From positions 15,744,001 to 15,808,000 of the forward strand of contig CP086569.2 of assembly GCA_009914755.4 (NCBI GenBank): a DNA stretch of 64,000 bases, written 5' to 3'. Positions 33,846 to 51,260 of this stretch are shown in pieces. The first letter of the stretch is position 1. Every line of letters begins with the position of its first letter. Origin of the DNA: the human T2T-CHM13v2.0 reference genome, Homo sapiens. The position numbers and the translations under genes were made by a program. The notes under the pieces are model-generated. The model was not told the origin of the DNA and made no database searches. It saw only the letters and a list, made by a program, of their open reading frames with translations.

Positions 33846-34741
33846 CTATAGGCTGTCCTTGGGGGTTATAAAGGATGCCTGTGGAATATTGGGTGTGTCA
33901 CATGAGAAAAATTGTTGAAATTGTGAGCAGGCATAAGCTGGATGCTTAGCAGTTTTAATTTTTGTGGGCCACCCCATAAATGCCAAAGTTAAAAGAAGAT
34001 GTTTAATGACATTGGTTGCAATCTCCTGGAATAACATGTGCGCTAATTAGGTTGATAATTGATATCAATGAATACATATACATATCTAAGTTTTCTAAAT
34101 TCAGGGACATGAGTAACATCTGTTTGCCATAACTGATTAGGTTCTAGTCCCATAGGGTTAACACCTGTTGAAAGAGAGGATGTGCCTGTGATCTAGCAAT
34201 CTGGGCATTGCAGGATAATTTGTTTAAATAGTCTTTGGGTGTGTTGAAATTGTTTAGATAAGTATCTCCAATTTGGTGGAAAAAAAATGATGTGATTGGG
34301 AGGTTTGGTCAAGCAGTGATGCCATAAATTGCAGGTCTGCTTGATCATTGCCATAAGCCAGTGGTCCAAGCAATGAGATGAGGACTCAAATATATGTGAT
34401 AAAAACATGATGTGTACCTTGGTCCAGCAACTGGTGACGTCGAAGAAAAAGTCCAAATATGGTGGGCTCAAGAGTGGACTTAATGAGGGATATCTTAAGG
34501 TTTTGTAATAAGCATTGTGAGCAGAGACACTAACAATATTGATAGGCTGAGCAGAAAATGCTTCTAAGGCCAATATTAGGGCTCCAACCACAGCTTTCTG
34601 AGTGCTAGTAAATCCAGATTGAGTGAGGGAGTTATGCAATTCCCACCCAATAGCTGCTTTTTCACTTTTGCCAGAGCCATCTGTAAAAAGTGTTAAAACG
34701 TTATGTATGGGGGAGTGAATTACTTTGGTAGGCATAACCAC
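33846..34741 (-). pseudogene. ERV pol remnant: RNase H (34193-34741) and integrase core (33846-34037), disrupted
   Basis: 34193-34741(-) ...LTLFTDGSGKSEKAAIGWELHNSLTQSGFTSTQKAVVGALILALEAF... is an RNase H-like (TDGS...AE..AL) domain. 33846-34037(-) ...WPTKIKTAKHPAYACSQFQQFF is an integrase catalytic-core-like (K.D.GP.Y.S..F..F) segment. Confidence 0.7.
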
Positions 34742-35087
34742 AGGATTATGAGATAAGAATTGAAGTAGTATGTTAGCAGGAAGGGAATGTTCTATATGGC
34801 TTGTGTAATCCGTGTGCTAGTTGCAGGTCTAGAGATAAAGGCAAGACTTCCTGGAGTTGCATTTTACTCAAGGAAATTCTTATGACATCAGGGTCATAAC
34901 CTAGCAACTGATTGTATGATCTGTGGCCTGAATAGATGACTTTGCTAACTAGCTGGATATAGGGAGATAATGTTTTAGTCCTGGTATACGAGCAAAAAAA
35001 CCCATTCTAGTAAGTGCAGCTCTGGGGCCATTTGTCATGTTGATATTTTTGGGGAATGCTTAGTAGGAAAAACAATTGGATTGAATA

Positions 35088-35671
35088 TTATGGGTCCATG
35101 CGATCTAGTTGCCTCTGAGAAATGGCTTGCTTTGCTTCCTCAATTTCTCTTTTTGCTTCAGGAATTAAATACCTGGGAGAGGTCAGGGCTGTATTGCCCT
35201 TAAGCATAGAAAATAGGTTTTGTAACTTATCAGTAGTTATGCCTAACATGACACGAAGCCAATTAATATCACCCAGTAATTTTTGGTAATCATTTAAGGC
35301 ATATAAATTGCTAGTATTTAATTTAACATTTTGAGGTCTTACTGACCAGAAAGCTATTATGTATCCAAAATATCTCCAAGGAGAGGACATGTATACTTTT
35401 TTCAGATGCTATGATTAAACTTATTAACTGTGTATTCTTTTGAACAGAGGCATATAAACTTAAAAGTACTGGATCTGTTAGTGGCTCCTGGTAAAATATA
35501 ATCCATAAAATTAATAATCTGGCAATTAGAAAAATCTATTTTACTGGGGAGCAAAGTGTGATTTACATGATACTGACACATGGTAGGACTGTTCAGCAAC
35601 CCTTGAGGTGTGCTTTCCAAGAAATCAGTGAACTGGCCTTCATTATTGATAGCTGGTATTGTAAATGCCAA
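35088..35671 (-). pseudogene. ERV pol remnant: reverse transcriptase, disrupted
   Basis: 35402-35671(-) ...AFTIPAINNEGQFTDFLESTPQGLLNSPTMCQYHVNHTL... carries the betaretroviral RT motif (compare HERV-K F.IPS.N....FQW.VLPQGMLNSPTICQ). 35088-35390(-) is the RT thumb/connection-like region. Confidence 0.75.
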
Positions 35672-35926
35672 TTTTTCTCTTTCTTTTTCTGCAAGGGGAA
35701 TGGTATAAAATAATCTTTTAAGTAAATAATGACTATAGACTAATTTTGAGGAATCACCACAGGGGAAGGGAGCTCCTGTTGAAGGGGCCCCATAGGTTAC
35801 AGATTAGCATTAGTAGTCCATAGGTCATGTAAAAGTCTCAATTTGCCAGATCTTTTGTGTATGATGAAAATGGGCAAATTCTAAGTGCTGTTTGATGGTC
35901 CTATATGGCTGGCTTTTCATTTCTCC

Positions 35927-36881
35927 TCAACTAATGTATGGGCTTATTTTAATTTCTCTCCCTTTAAAGGCCACTGCTCTACCTAAATTAGATTTTGAGA
36001 GAGCCATGTTAGGGGTAGGGGAGGAACAACAACAGTGGTCATAATTAGAAAAGGGTTTGCTGTTCACATTATTCATTAAGTTCTGTCCTCTAGAGGAGGA
36101 ATTACTTGGCATCTAAAGTTGTTTTAGCTAGCACGGACCAGTTCCATGGGGTCATATGGAAGTTGTCTGCTAGGGCTTCAATTAATCCTTTTGTAAATGG
36201 GCTAACAGCCTCGTTGTCTCTAATGCTTTTCCTTATCTCTTTGTAAGCGTCAAAAGAAATATGTTCATATATCTGATTGCCTTGTTGATCTTGCATTACT
36301 AAACAGGCTAAGAGCTTGCTTTTAATGCTGTATGCCTAAGACAGGGTCCAATACCTGTAGTGCATCCCTTGTCTTTTTTCCAGTATATTGTGGGACGGAG
36401 CTCAGGCAAAACCTCTATTTCCTCTTTGGTATTTTTGCCTGGTAATGGTGAGGCTGAGGAATAAGGAGGAGGCAGTAATGTGGGTGACAGTTCCTCCTCC
36501 CTTCCCTTTTTAGGCTCTTCTGTGTAGAGTGAGATGAAAGCAGCCCTAACTAAGGCCCATAACCTTAGAGATTTTACTGGAATTCATTGCCCTTGTGCAT
36601 GATGTTGTCTAAAATTTTTCCTCACTTGTTCCCAGAGCTATAGATCTAGTTCTATAGAAATATAGAACCCCTCTTCTGGAACTTGGAGAGTTCAAGTAGT
36701 ATGTTACTTCAGAACCCCTAGTTCTATAGAACGCCTCTTCTGGAAACCATGGGTTATGGGAAACAACAGTTTGCATTAGGTGCCTTAATTGAGCCTGCAA
36801 AACTGAGACTCTGCTAGCTTTAAACAGCTGTTTCAATAGTTTTATATACTGCTGCCATTGAGCTGATGACTGTTTTCTCAT
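35927..36881 (-). pseudogene. ERV gag remnant (probable), disrupted
   Basis: Minus-strand ORF fragments lie between the PBS and pol (36609-36881, 36102-36296, 35927-36112). The assignment is by position; no Cys-His box was verified. Confidence 0.4.
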
Positions 36882-37001
36882 GATGAAACCCTTGCCTGAA
36901 CCATTCCTTCAAACTTGGAAATCCTGAGCAGGCACCAATGACTTAATGATTGCACAGTCTCTTACCTTTTTCAAGGGATCCATTGTGATCCTTTGCAGTG
37001 T

Positions 37002-37019
37002 TCCTCACATGGGGCACCA
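37002..37019 (-). other. ERV primer-binding site complementary to the 3' end of elongator tRNA-Met (17/18 match)
   Basis: + strand tcctcacatggggcacca gives a proviral-sense TGGTGCCCCATGTGAGGA. From memory the 3' 18 nt of tRNA-Met(CAU) are TCCTCACACGGGGCACCA, giving a perfect PBS of TGGTGCCCCGTGTGAGGA. The single difference is a CpG to CpA transition. It lies 2 nt inside the 5' LTR end. Confidence 0.7.
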
Positions 37020-37021
37020 TC

Positions 37022-37518
37022 TGCCAAGTCTTCCCTACAGACTCTGGTTGAGCTATGCATGAAAGAAGTACACAGACAGGGATTATGCCTGACAGCGCGG
37101 CTAAGGGACAGCACAACCAAGCACTGCCAATGAGAATGCAGCTGCAGCAGCCTCAATAAGCCAGAGACGCTCACATTTATTTAGTACAGATTTAATGACA
37201 AAGTCCTGGAGCAAACACAATTTATGGGTAATTAACATGTCGACCCACCAAGTAGAGAGCACTCCTGCATTTCAATGATCAAATGTTGGCTTCTGGAGAC
37301 AAAGTAAACCAATTTATCTAGATAACCTCCTTTACATTCCCTTTCTATCTACTTACCCTTTGCCCTAAAGATAATTTTGCTGCCCTAAAAAGAATTTAGC
37401 TGAAGGCAGCTAAATTCTCTTCTGAAGCTTTTGCAAAATCTCTCTGCCTTCCAAGAAGGTTTGTGTCTTTCCCTAAAACTTTTATAACTTTTTCCACCAC
37501 CCTGAATGATCTTCTACA
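37022..37518 (-). repeat. ERV 5' LTR (497 bp)
   Basis: See the provirus entry. It starts tgccaagtc and ends cttctaca. Confidence 0.85.
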
Positions 37519-37524
37519 GTTGAG

Positions 37525-38738
37525 AAAGCTGGCTAGCCATATGCAGAAAGCTGAAACTAGATCCCTTTCTTACACCTTATTCAAAAATTAACTCAAGGTA
37601 TGTTAAAGACTTAAATGTAAGAACTGAAACAATAAAAAACTTAGAAGAAAACCATTTAGGATATAGGCATGGGCAAAGACTTCATGACTAAAAAACAAAA
37701 AGCAACGGCAACAAAAGCCAAAATTGACAAATGGGATCTAATTAAACTAAAGAGCTTCTGTACAGCAAAAGAAACTATCATTAGAGTGAAAAGGCAACCT
37801 ACAGAATGGGAGAAAATTTTTGTAATCCACTCATCTGACAAAGGGCTAAAATCCAGAATCTAAAAGGAAGTTAAACAAACATACAAAAAAAAAAAGCAAC
37901 CCCATCAAAAAGTGGATGAAGGATACAAACAGATGCTTCCCAAAAAAAGACATTTATGCAGCCAATAAACATATGAAAAAAAGCTTATCACCACTGGTTA
38001 TTAGATAAACACAAATCAAATTCACAATGAGATACCATCTCATGCTAGTTAGAATGGCAACTATTAAAAAGTCAGGAAAAAACAGATGTTGGAGAGGATG
38101 TGGAGAAATAGGAATGCTTTTACAATGTTGGGAGTGTAAATTAGTTCAACCATTGTGGAAGGCAGTATGGCAATTCCTCAAGGTTGTAGAACCAAAAATA
38201 CCATTTGACCCAGCAATCTGATTATTATGTATATAGCCAACTTATTATAAATCATTCTACTAAAAAGACACATGCACACTTATGTTTTTGGGACACTGTT
38301 CACAATAGCAAAAACCTGGAACCAACCCAAATGTCCAGCAATGATAGACTGGATAAAGTAAATGTGGCACATATACACCATGGAGTACTATGCAGCCATA
38401 AAAAATGATGAATTCATAGCCTTTGCAGGGACCATGGATGAAGCTGGAAACCATCATTCTCAGCAAACTAACACAGGAACAGAAACCAAACACCACATGT
38501 TCTTACTTGTAAGTGGGATTTGAACAATGAGAACACATGGACACAGGGAGGGGAACATCACACACTGGGACCTGTCAGTGGGTGGGGGACTAGGGAAGGG
38601 ATAGCATTAGGAGAAATACCTAATATAGATGATGGGTTGATGCGTGCAGGAAACCACCAGGGCAAGTTTATACCTATGTAACAAAGCTGTATGTTCTGCA
38701 GTACTTAAAGTATAATTAAAAAAAATAGAAAAAAAAAA
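37525..38738 (+). mobile_element. Old LINE-1 segment C: ORF2 C-terminus, 3' UTR and poly-A. This is the 3' end of the same old L1 that is split by the ERV.
   Basis: ctggctagccatatgcagaaagctgaaactagatccctttcttacaccttattcaaaaattaactcaag ... ggaaccaacccaaatgtccagcaatgatagactggataaag ... acctatgtaacaaagctgtatgttctgcagtacttaaagtataattaaaaaaaatagaaaaaaaaaa. Confidence 0.9.
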
Positions 38739-39236
38739 GGAAATTAAATAGGAGAAAGAAGTTGTGTGCTTGACATTTTTCCCAAGGATGGAGCTGGGTT
38801 CCACAGTGCATTAGTCACAATGAAATCTAAGCTGGTTGCTCAGAAAGAGACAGAGAAGAGGACATAGGCACCAGAATGGCCCTACCAGAAGTAGTTTGTA
38901 ATTTCAGATGCTTTATTCTTTACCCTACTCTTTGGTTAGAAATGAGACTTGGCTCCTCAAAATTAAATGTTGTATGCAGATTTTTAAGCATATGAGATTC
39001 TTTAGACGTACTTGAATGATTACCATTTGTTCTAGTTAATTCAATCTCATTTTATTTTCTTTCTGATTGGGGTTTAAGTGACCAAGGAATCAGGTTTTAT
39101 GCCTGTTTTCGGATGCTTTTTATTCCTCCCAAGAAATAAAAAAAAAATAAATATTAAAATTATACTCATTTTTTACCTAAGATTGAATTTACTTAATGAC
39201 TTACTATATTTCCATGATAAAAAAAAGTGTGTGTGT

Positions 39237-39272
39237 ATGCATATATATGTGTATGTGTGTGTGTTTGTGTCC
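39237..39272. repeat. (GT)n/(AT)n compound microsatellite
   Basis: gtgtgtgtgtatgcatatatatgtgtatgtgtgtgtgtttgtgt. Confidence 0.8.
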
Positions 39273-39757
39273 TGTAAGTGACTCAACATATGTAAGGGTT
39301 GATAAATTTATCAGGGGCAACAAGAGCAAATTGCTAGTATATATATTAATATAAAATTATTTATGCATGTTTGATGTGTGTAAAATAAATCATTAACATT
39401 TACATATTTAATTTCAGCTTCAAATGATGCACTTATTCAAATAAGACTTGTAATCCCAAATGTTAATGCTTATTATTTTTGCAAAAACCCCATTGAAATT
39501 TAACCATCTTCTTCCTAAATCTGTGGACTGACAGAAAAAAAACCCTGCTCTTTTTATAAAAGTAAACAAGACATTAATTTAATATTAACTTTTAAGTATG
39601 AAATTATAACATTAAAAAATGATTCTATGCCCTCTTAAAATCAGTTTCTGAATATAACTTTTTACTTTGTCCCAATATACAAATAGTTGTGAGTATGTAA
39701 CCATTGTGCTGTGTACATCTTTTTCATGATTGGATGGTCTAAAACCCTAAGTGTTCA

Positions 39758-40057
39758 GGCTGGGTTTGGTGGTTCATGCCTGTAATGCCAGAAATTTGGG
39801 AGGCTGAGTCAGGTGGATCACTTGAGACCAGGAGTTCAAGACCAGCATGGCTAAAATGGTGAAACCCCATCTCTAATAAAACAAAAAATTTCACCCTGCA
39901 TGATGGCACATGACTGTAATCCCAGATACTCAGGAGGTTGAGGGAGGAGAATCACTTGAACCCAGGGGGTGCAGGTTGCAGTGAGCTGACATCACACCCC
40001 TGCACTCCAGCTTGGGCAACAGAGTGAGGCTCCATCTCAAAATAAACAAATAAAAAC
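39758..40057 (+). mobile_element. Alu (AluS-like)
   Basis: ggctgggtttggtggttcatgcctgtaatgccagaaatttgggaggctgagtcaggtggatcacttgagaccaggagttcaagaccagcatggctaaaatggtgaaaccccatctc ... gcactccagcttgggcaacagagtgaggctccatctcaaaataaacaaataaaa. Confidence 0.95.
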
Positions 40058-40576
40058 CATAAATGTTCAATTGTATACATTCTGTAATTGGGCAAAATTT
40101 TTGTCTTATTTAAAATTTATAGTTACTTTTTGAGCAGTCTGACCCTTTGGTAGGATTTATCAGAAGAAGATAGTTTGAATTTTACAGAAATGTTTGCTGA
40201 TGTCTGAAAACCGATTTCACTTGGCTTTATTTTAAGAGCTGACAGATGGGTTTCCTGTATCACAAGATTTTTTTCTGACATTTCTCAAAAATATCAGCAA
40301 GAGGAAGCAAGATATTTAAATAGCAATTTTTAACATCCTTTGAGTCACAAACACCTTGAGTAACTGATCAAAATTACTGGCCTCAATCAGAATAATGAAC
40401 ACATGCATGTTTTCAGAATTTGAGAGGATTTTCCTTGCATACATGGATCACTGGCTAAGAATGTTTCCTTCAGAAAGTAAATTGTTGGAAAGTCAAGCTC
40501 TCTTTTTTAATTTGAGAGGAAAAGTAATTTAAAGAGATAACTATCAGCAAATATTCACAATGAAAGTGGTATGTTA

Positions 40577-41026
<450 letters not shown>

Positions 41027-41455
41027 TCAAAAATAAGAATCTGTCATGTCCTTAGTGTTCATGCAGATGTTATAAGAATAGTAAGCATTTTCAAATATTG
41101 AACTTAATATTTTAAAGGTTATTGTTTCCCAGGTACAAACGGGTACACTGACAACAAAAATTGATTGTTTAATCAGTTTTCCTTGTGAGTAACAGAGTAG
41201 CGATTTATCTTCTGTTGCTGTTGTTAGATTTTAGACTCTCCACCAGGTTCTATTTAAAAGTGTTCAATCACTGGATAAAATACATATTTTAAGTAATATT
41301 GGGGGATTCAATGTTACTTTTGACAATTTTAATTTAATATCCAGTTCCTTGAGTTACTATTTACAATAATTTCTTACAATAATAAAAGTATATACAGCTA
41401 GATGATACAGTTTCAATTGGATAGATCAACATGATGCTAAAAAAGAGTAAGATTG

Positions 41456-41710
41456 GCTTGGCTCAGTGGCTCATGAGTGTAATCCCAGCACTTTGGGAAG
41501 CTAGGTGGCAGATCACTTGAGGTCAGGAGTTTGAGGTCAGCCTGGCTAACACAGTGAAACCCCATCTCTACTAAAAAAAAAAATACAAAAATTAGCTGGA
41601 TGTGGTGGTGGACACCTGTAATCCCAACTATTTGGGAGGCTGAGGCAGAAGAATTGCTTGAAACTAGGAGGCAGATGTTGCAGTGAGCAAAAGATGGAGC
41701 CACTGCACTG
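41456..41710 (+). mobile_element. Alu, 3'-truncated (no terminal segment or poly-A)
   Basis: ggcttggctcagtggctcatgagtgtaatcccagcactttgggaagctaggtggcagatcacttgaggtcaggagtttgaggtcagcctggctaacacagtgaaaccccatctctactaaaaaaaaaaatacaaaaattagctggatgtggtggtggacacctgtaatcccaactatttgggaggctgaggcagaagaattgcttgaaactaggaggcagatgttgcagtgagcaaaagatggagccactgcact. Confidence 0.9.
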
Positions 41711-43922
41711 AGATGTTTTATATGTTGTTCTTTGTGATGCTTACTTGGTTACATCAGTTTTTTTTTTTACCAAAGTGCATTAAGCTGCATAATTATGGGG
41801 TATACAGTCTTTCCTGTATACATTTTAACTTAGTCACTATTTGTAAAGACAATAAGCTAAGTTTCACCACTGATAACATATATCTCTAAAAGGAACAATT
41901 TTACAGGATTTTCATAGGGCTTATGCAATACATTTTATGTATCAAATAATATTCTGTGGGATTAGTGTGCCTGACAACACAATCTATGAAACTGTCATTT
42001 ACATGGTATTTAGTATTTAAAGACAACATCAAATTATAACCCATTTGTTAAAATGAATGTTTCCCTTTGAAATGATTAGACTTTGAAAAACTGCCTTAGG
42101 TGGCATATCTCACTGTTAAGTGATTCCAAATGACACATTACTACAGAAAGTTAAAGTGGATATTTTGAATTTCACTGTTAGAAACATAAAACTAATTCTC
42201 AAGAGTAAATATCAGTGAATGGAACTAATTAAAAGATACTATAACATTTGTTTATTTTCTTCATATATATTTTTAACAGGCATACATAATAAACTGAAAT
42301 TTTTTTCTAAATCCAGTTTCTTATGTTCTAAATGATGCTAAGAAAATACTTTTTAAGTTTATTTTTCTGTCTTAAAATTTATTAGAACCATCACACACTC
42401 CAGCACACTAGTGAACACTAGAGAACCTACTAATTTTTCAGATAAACTCTCATAAGTGCACACATAGAAATGAGTGATACAATAGCTGTGAAAAATAATA
42501 TTGCTAAGCTAATCTAATTATCTTACCTATAAAACAATGATAGGCTAGGGAAGAAAGTCACTTACTATTTGTTAGATATCTTCAATAATGTCAATTATTT
42601 GGGGGAACAGAATATAAAACTTTCAACTCATTAGAAAAAACATAACCTTGAGGATTTCCTGAGTGTATTTTAAAAATGAGAATTCATGCTCTTATGGGGT
42701 GAATTGATAGTGATTCATTTTTAAGCACATTCATTTCATGCAAATTTATGAGGGTGCATTTTTCCTCCTTATACTCTTGGTAGGTACTAAATCTGCAAAC
42801 TTCAACACTTCTAAAGGAGAATGAATTGTTTTGCTACACATTCTAAGCAAAGGAATGTTGAATAAGATTTTGACAGATCCTTTTAACGAAGTGATTTTAA
42901 TTTCTATATTAATACAATAAAATATAGAAAGCTAACATAACTTGAATAAAAATGGTTAACAACTTAAGGGAATTTGAAGCTACAATTGAACTTGTTTCCA
43001 TGAATTGCCATTAATCAATTTGCTCTATCCCTTGCCTATGAGCTAAAACAATAAACCATAGTTGTTATTTCTGTTTTTGTTCCTCACTACTAAAACTAAC
43101 AGAAGAGCAAGCCAATAGATAAAATAATATATATTATAAATCACTTGGAGAAAAATATAACCCATTGGAGAATGGAAACGTCCTTCAAATATTCATAAGG
43201 TTCAAATGGATTTTTTGCCTGTTTGCATGCTAACTCTCATCTGAACATCTCAAGTGCATTGTCAACTTTCATTTTAAATAGAATTTGTGCATGATATTAA
43301 ACCAGTTACTTCTCTGTTTTACTGTTTTTTCTTTCATTGCTTTGCGTTTGAGAGTGGAAATTTTTTTCCAGGTTTTATACAAAGATCTGAGATGTTGGAT
43401 CAATATATATGTATTTTTTGAGACGTAACTTACATACAAAAAATGCATAAATTCAAAGGACTGTTTTTGATGATTTTCATCTATTGTATACATCCATATG
43501 ACAATGAACCAATTTAGGATACAGAACTTTTTCATTACTTTAGAAAATCACCCCATCTAACCATTCTCCACCAACTAACTCTTCAACAGAGGGATGTTTT
43601 CCTAACTTCTATTGCCCTGAAAATGTTTTTTCCTGTTCTTGTGTTCCTTAATAATAAGAAAATATGACATGTATCTCTGTAGATTTTTAACTCAATAAAA
43701 CACTTTTGAGATTCATCATGATGTTGTCTTTGTCAGTAACGTATTCATTTTTATTGCAGTTCTGTATTCCCTTGAACAAATACATCACAGTTTCTCTTTT
43801 TTTTCCAGATGTTGGGCATTTGGGTTTTTTCCAGGTTTTGACTCTTCTATAAAGATTTGTATATCTTTGTAGAACATATTTCACATAGGTAATCTTCTGT
43901 AATTCCTTTTGTGATTTTTTTT

Positions 43923-44769
43923 CCTATGACCACACACTTAATATATACATATACTTTAAGTTGTGGGATACATGTGCAGAACGTGCAGGTTTGTTACATA
44001 GGTATACACGGGCCATGGTGGTTTGCTGCACGTATCAACCTGTCATCTACATCAGGTATTTCTCCTAATGCTATCCCTCTTCTAACCCCGCAGCCCTCAA
44101 CATGCCACTGTGTGTGATGTTCCCCTCCCTGTGCCCATATGTTCTCATTGTTCATGTCCCACTTATGAGTGAGAATATGTGGTGTTTGGTTTTCTGTTCC
44201 TGTGTTAGTTGGCTGAGAATGATGGTTTCCAGCTTCAGCCATGTCCCTGCAAAAGACATAACTCATCCTTTTTTATGGCTACAGAGTATTTCATAGTGTG
44301 TATGTGCCACACTTTCTTTATCGAGTCTATCACTGAGGGCAATTGGATTGGTTACAAGTCTATGCTATTGTGAATAGTATGGCAGGAAACATACATGTAC
44401 ATGTGTCTTTATAGTAGCATAATTTATAATCCTTTGGGTATATACCCAGTAATGTGATTGCTGGGTCAAATGATATTTCCGGCTCTTGATCCTTGAGGCA
44501 TCACCACACTGTTTTTCCACAATGGTTGAACTAACTTACACTCCCACCAACAGTATAAAAGCATTCATATTTCTCCACATGCTCTCCAGCATCTGTTGTT
44601 TCCTGACATTTTATTGATTGTCATTCTAACTGGTAGGAGATTGTAACTCATTGTGATTTTGATTTTTGTTTCTCTAATGATCAGTAATGATGAGCTATTT
44701 TTCATAGGTTTGTAAGCCACATAAATGTCTTTCTTTGAGAAGTGTCTGTTGCTATCCTTTGTCCACTTT
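43923..44769 (-). mobile_element. Old LINE-1 (older L1PA-type), reverse orientation, 3' UTR and ORF2 C-terminus. It is the 3' portion of an element that continues at 51261.
   Basis: After poly-T (43914-43922): ...actttaagttgtgggatacatgtgcagaacgtgcaggtttgttacataggtatacacgggccatggtggtttgctgcacgtatcaacctgtcatctacatcaggtatttctcctaatgctatccct ... tgttctcattgttcatgtcccacttatgagtgagaatatgtggtgtttggttttctgttcctgtgttagttggctgagaatgatggtttccagcttcagccatgtccctgcaaaagacat..., which is antisense L1 3' end. Ends ...gtccactttttgattttttt. Confidence 0.9.
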
Positions 44770-44777
44770 TTGATTTT

Positions 44778-51240
<6,463 letters not shown>

Positions 51241-51260
51241 GTAGGTTACAAAAAGATGTC

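Larger units (their letters stand above)
31086..37518 (-). mobile_element. Endogenous retrovirus provirus, class II (betaretrovirus-like, HERV-K/HML superfamily, possibly HML-5/HERVK22-like). LTR-gag-pol-env-LTR with internal deletions. 6 bp TSD gttgaa/gttgag.
   Basis: Two roughly 500 bp direct repeats (31086-31591 and 37022-37518), each beginning TGCCAAG and ending ...TCTTCTACA (TG...CA). Identical 6-mers with one mismatch flank them: gttgaa at 31080-31085 and gttgag at 37519-37524. Old-L1 sequence resumes precisely on either side (aataaatggtg | ... | aaagctggctagccatatg). Internal minus-strand ORF remnants carry betaretroviral RT, RNase H, integrase and env motifs. Confidence 0.85.

Noticed and set aside
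34193-36881. Minus-strand ORFs with RNase H, RT and gag-like content, considered as a possibly domesticated retroviral gene
   Set aside because: The frames are short and mutually out of register, the flanking LTRs are about 15-20% diverged, and there is no intact ORF over 185 aa. This is ordinary proviral decay rather than a co-opted gene.
38745-39230. Segment tggggtttaagtgaccaaggaatcaggttttatgcctgttttcgg downstream of the L1 poly-A, considered as a possible MER/DNA-transposon fragment
   Set aside because: There are no recognisable terminal inverted repeats or a consensus match from memory, so it is treated as unique intergenic DNA.
43300-43915. Unique-looking segment upstream of the old minus-strand L1, containing tttttttccagatgttgggcatttgggttttttccaggttttgac
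   Set aside because: It may be a further degraded L1 or other ancient repeat fragment, but I could not match it convincingly to any family by eye, so it is left unannotated.
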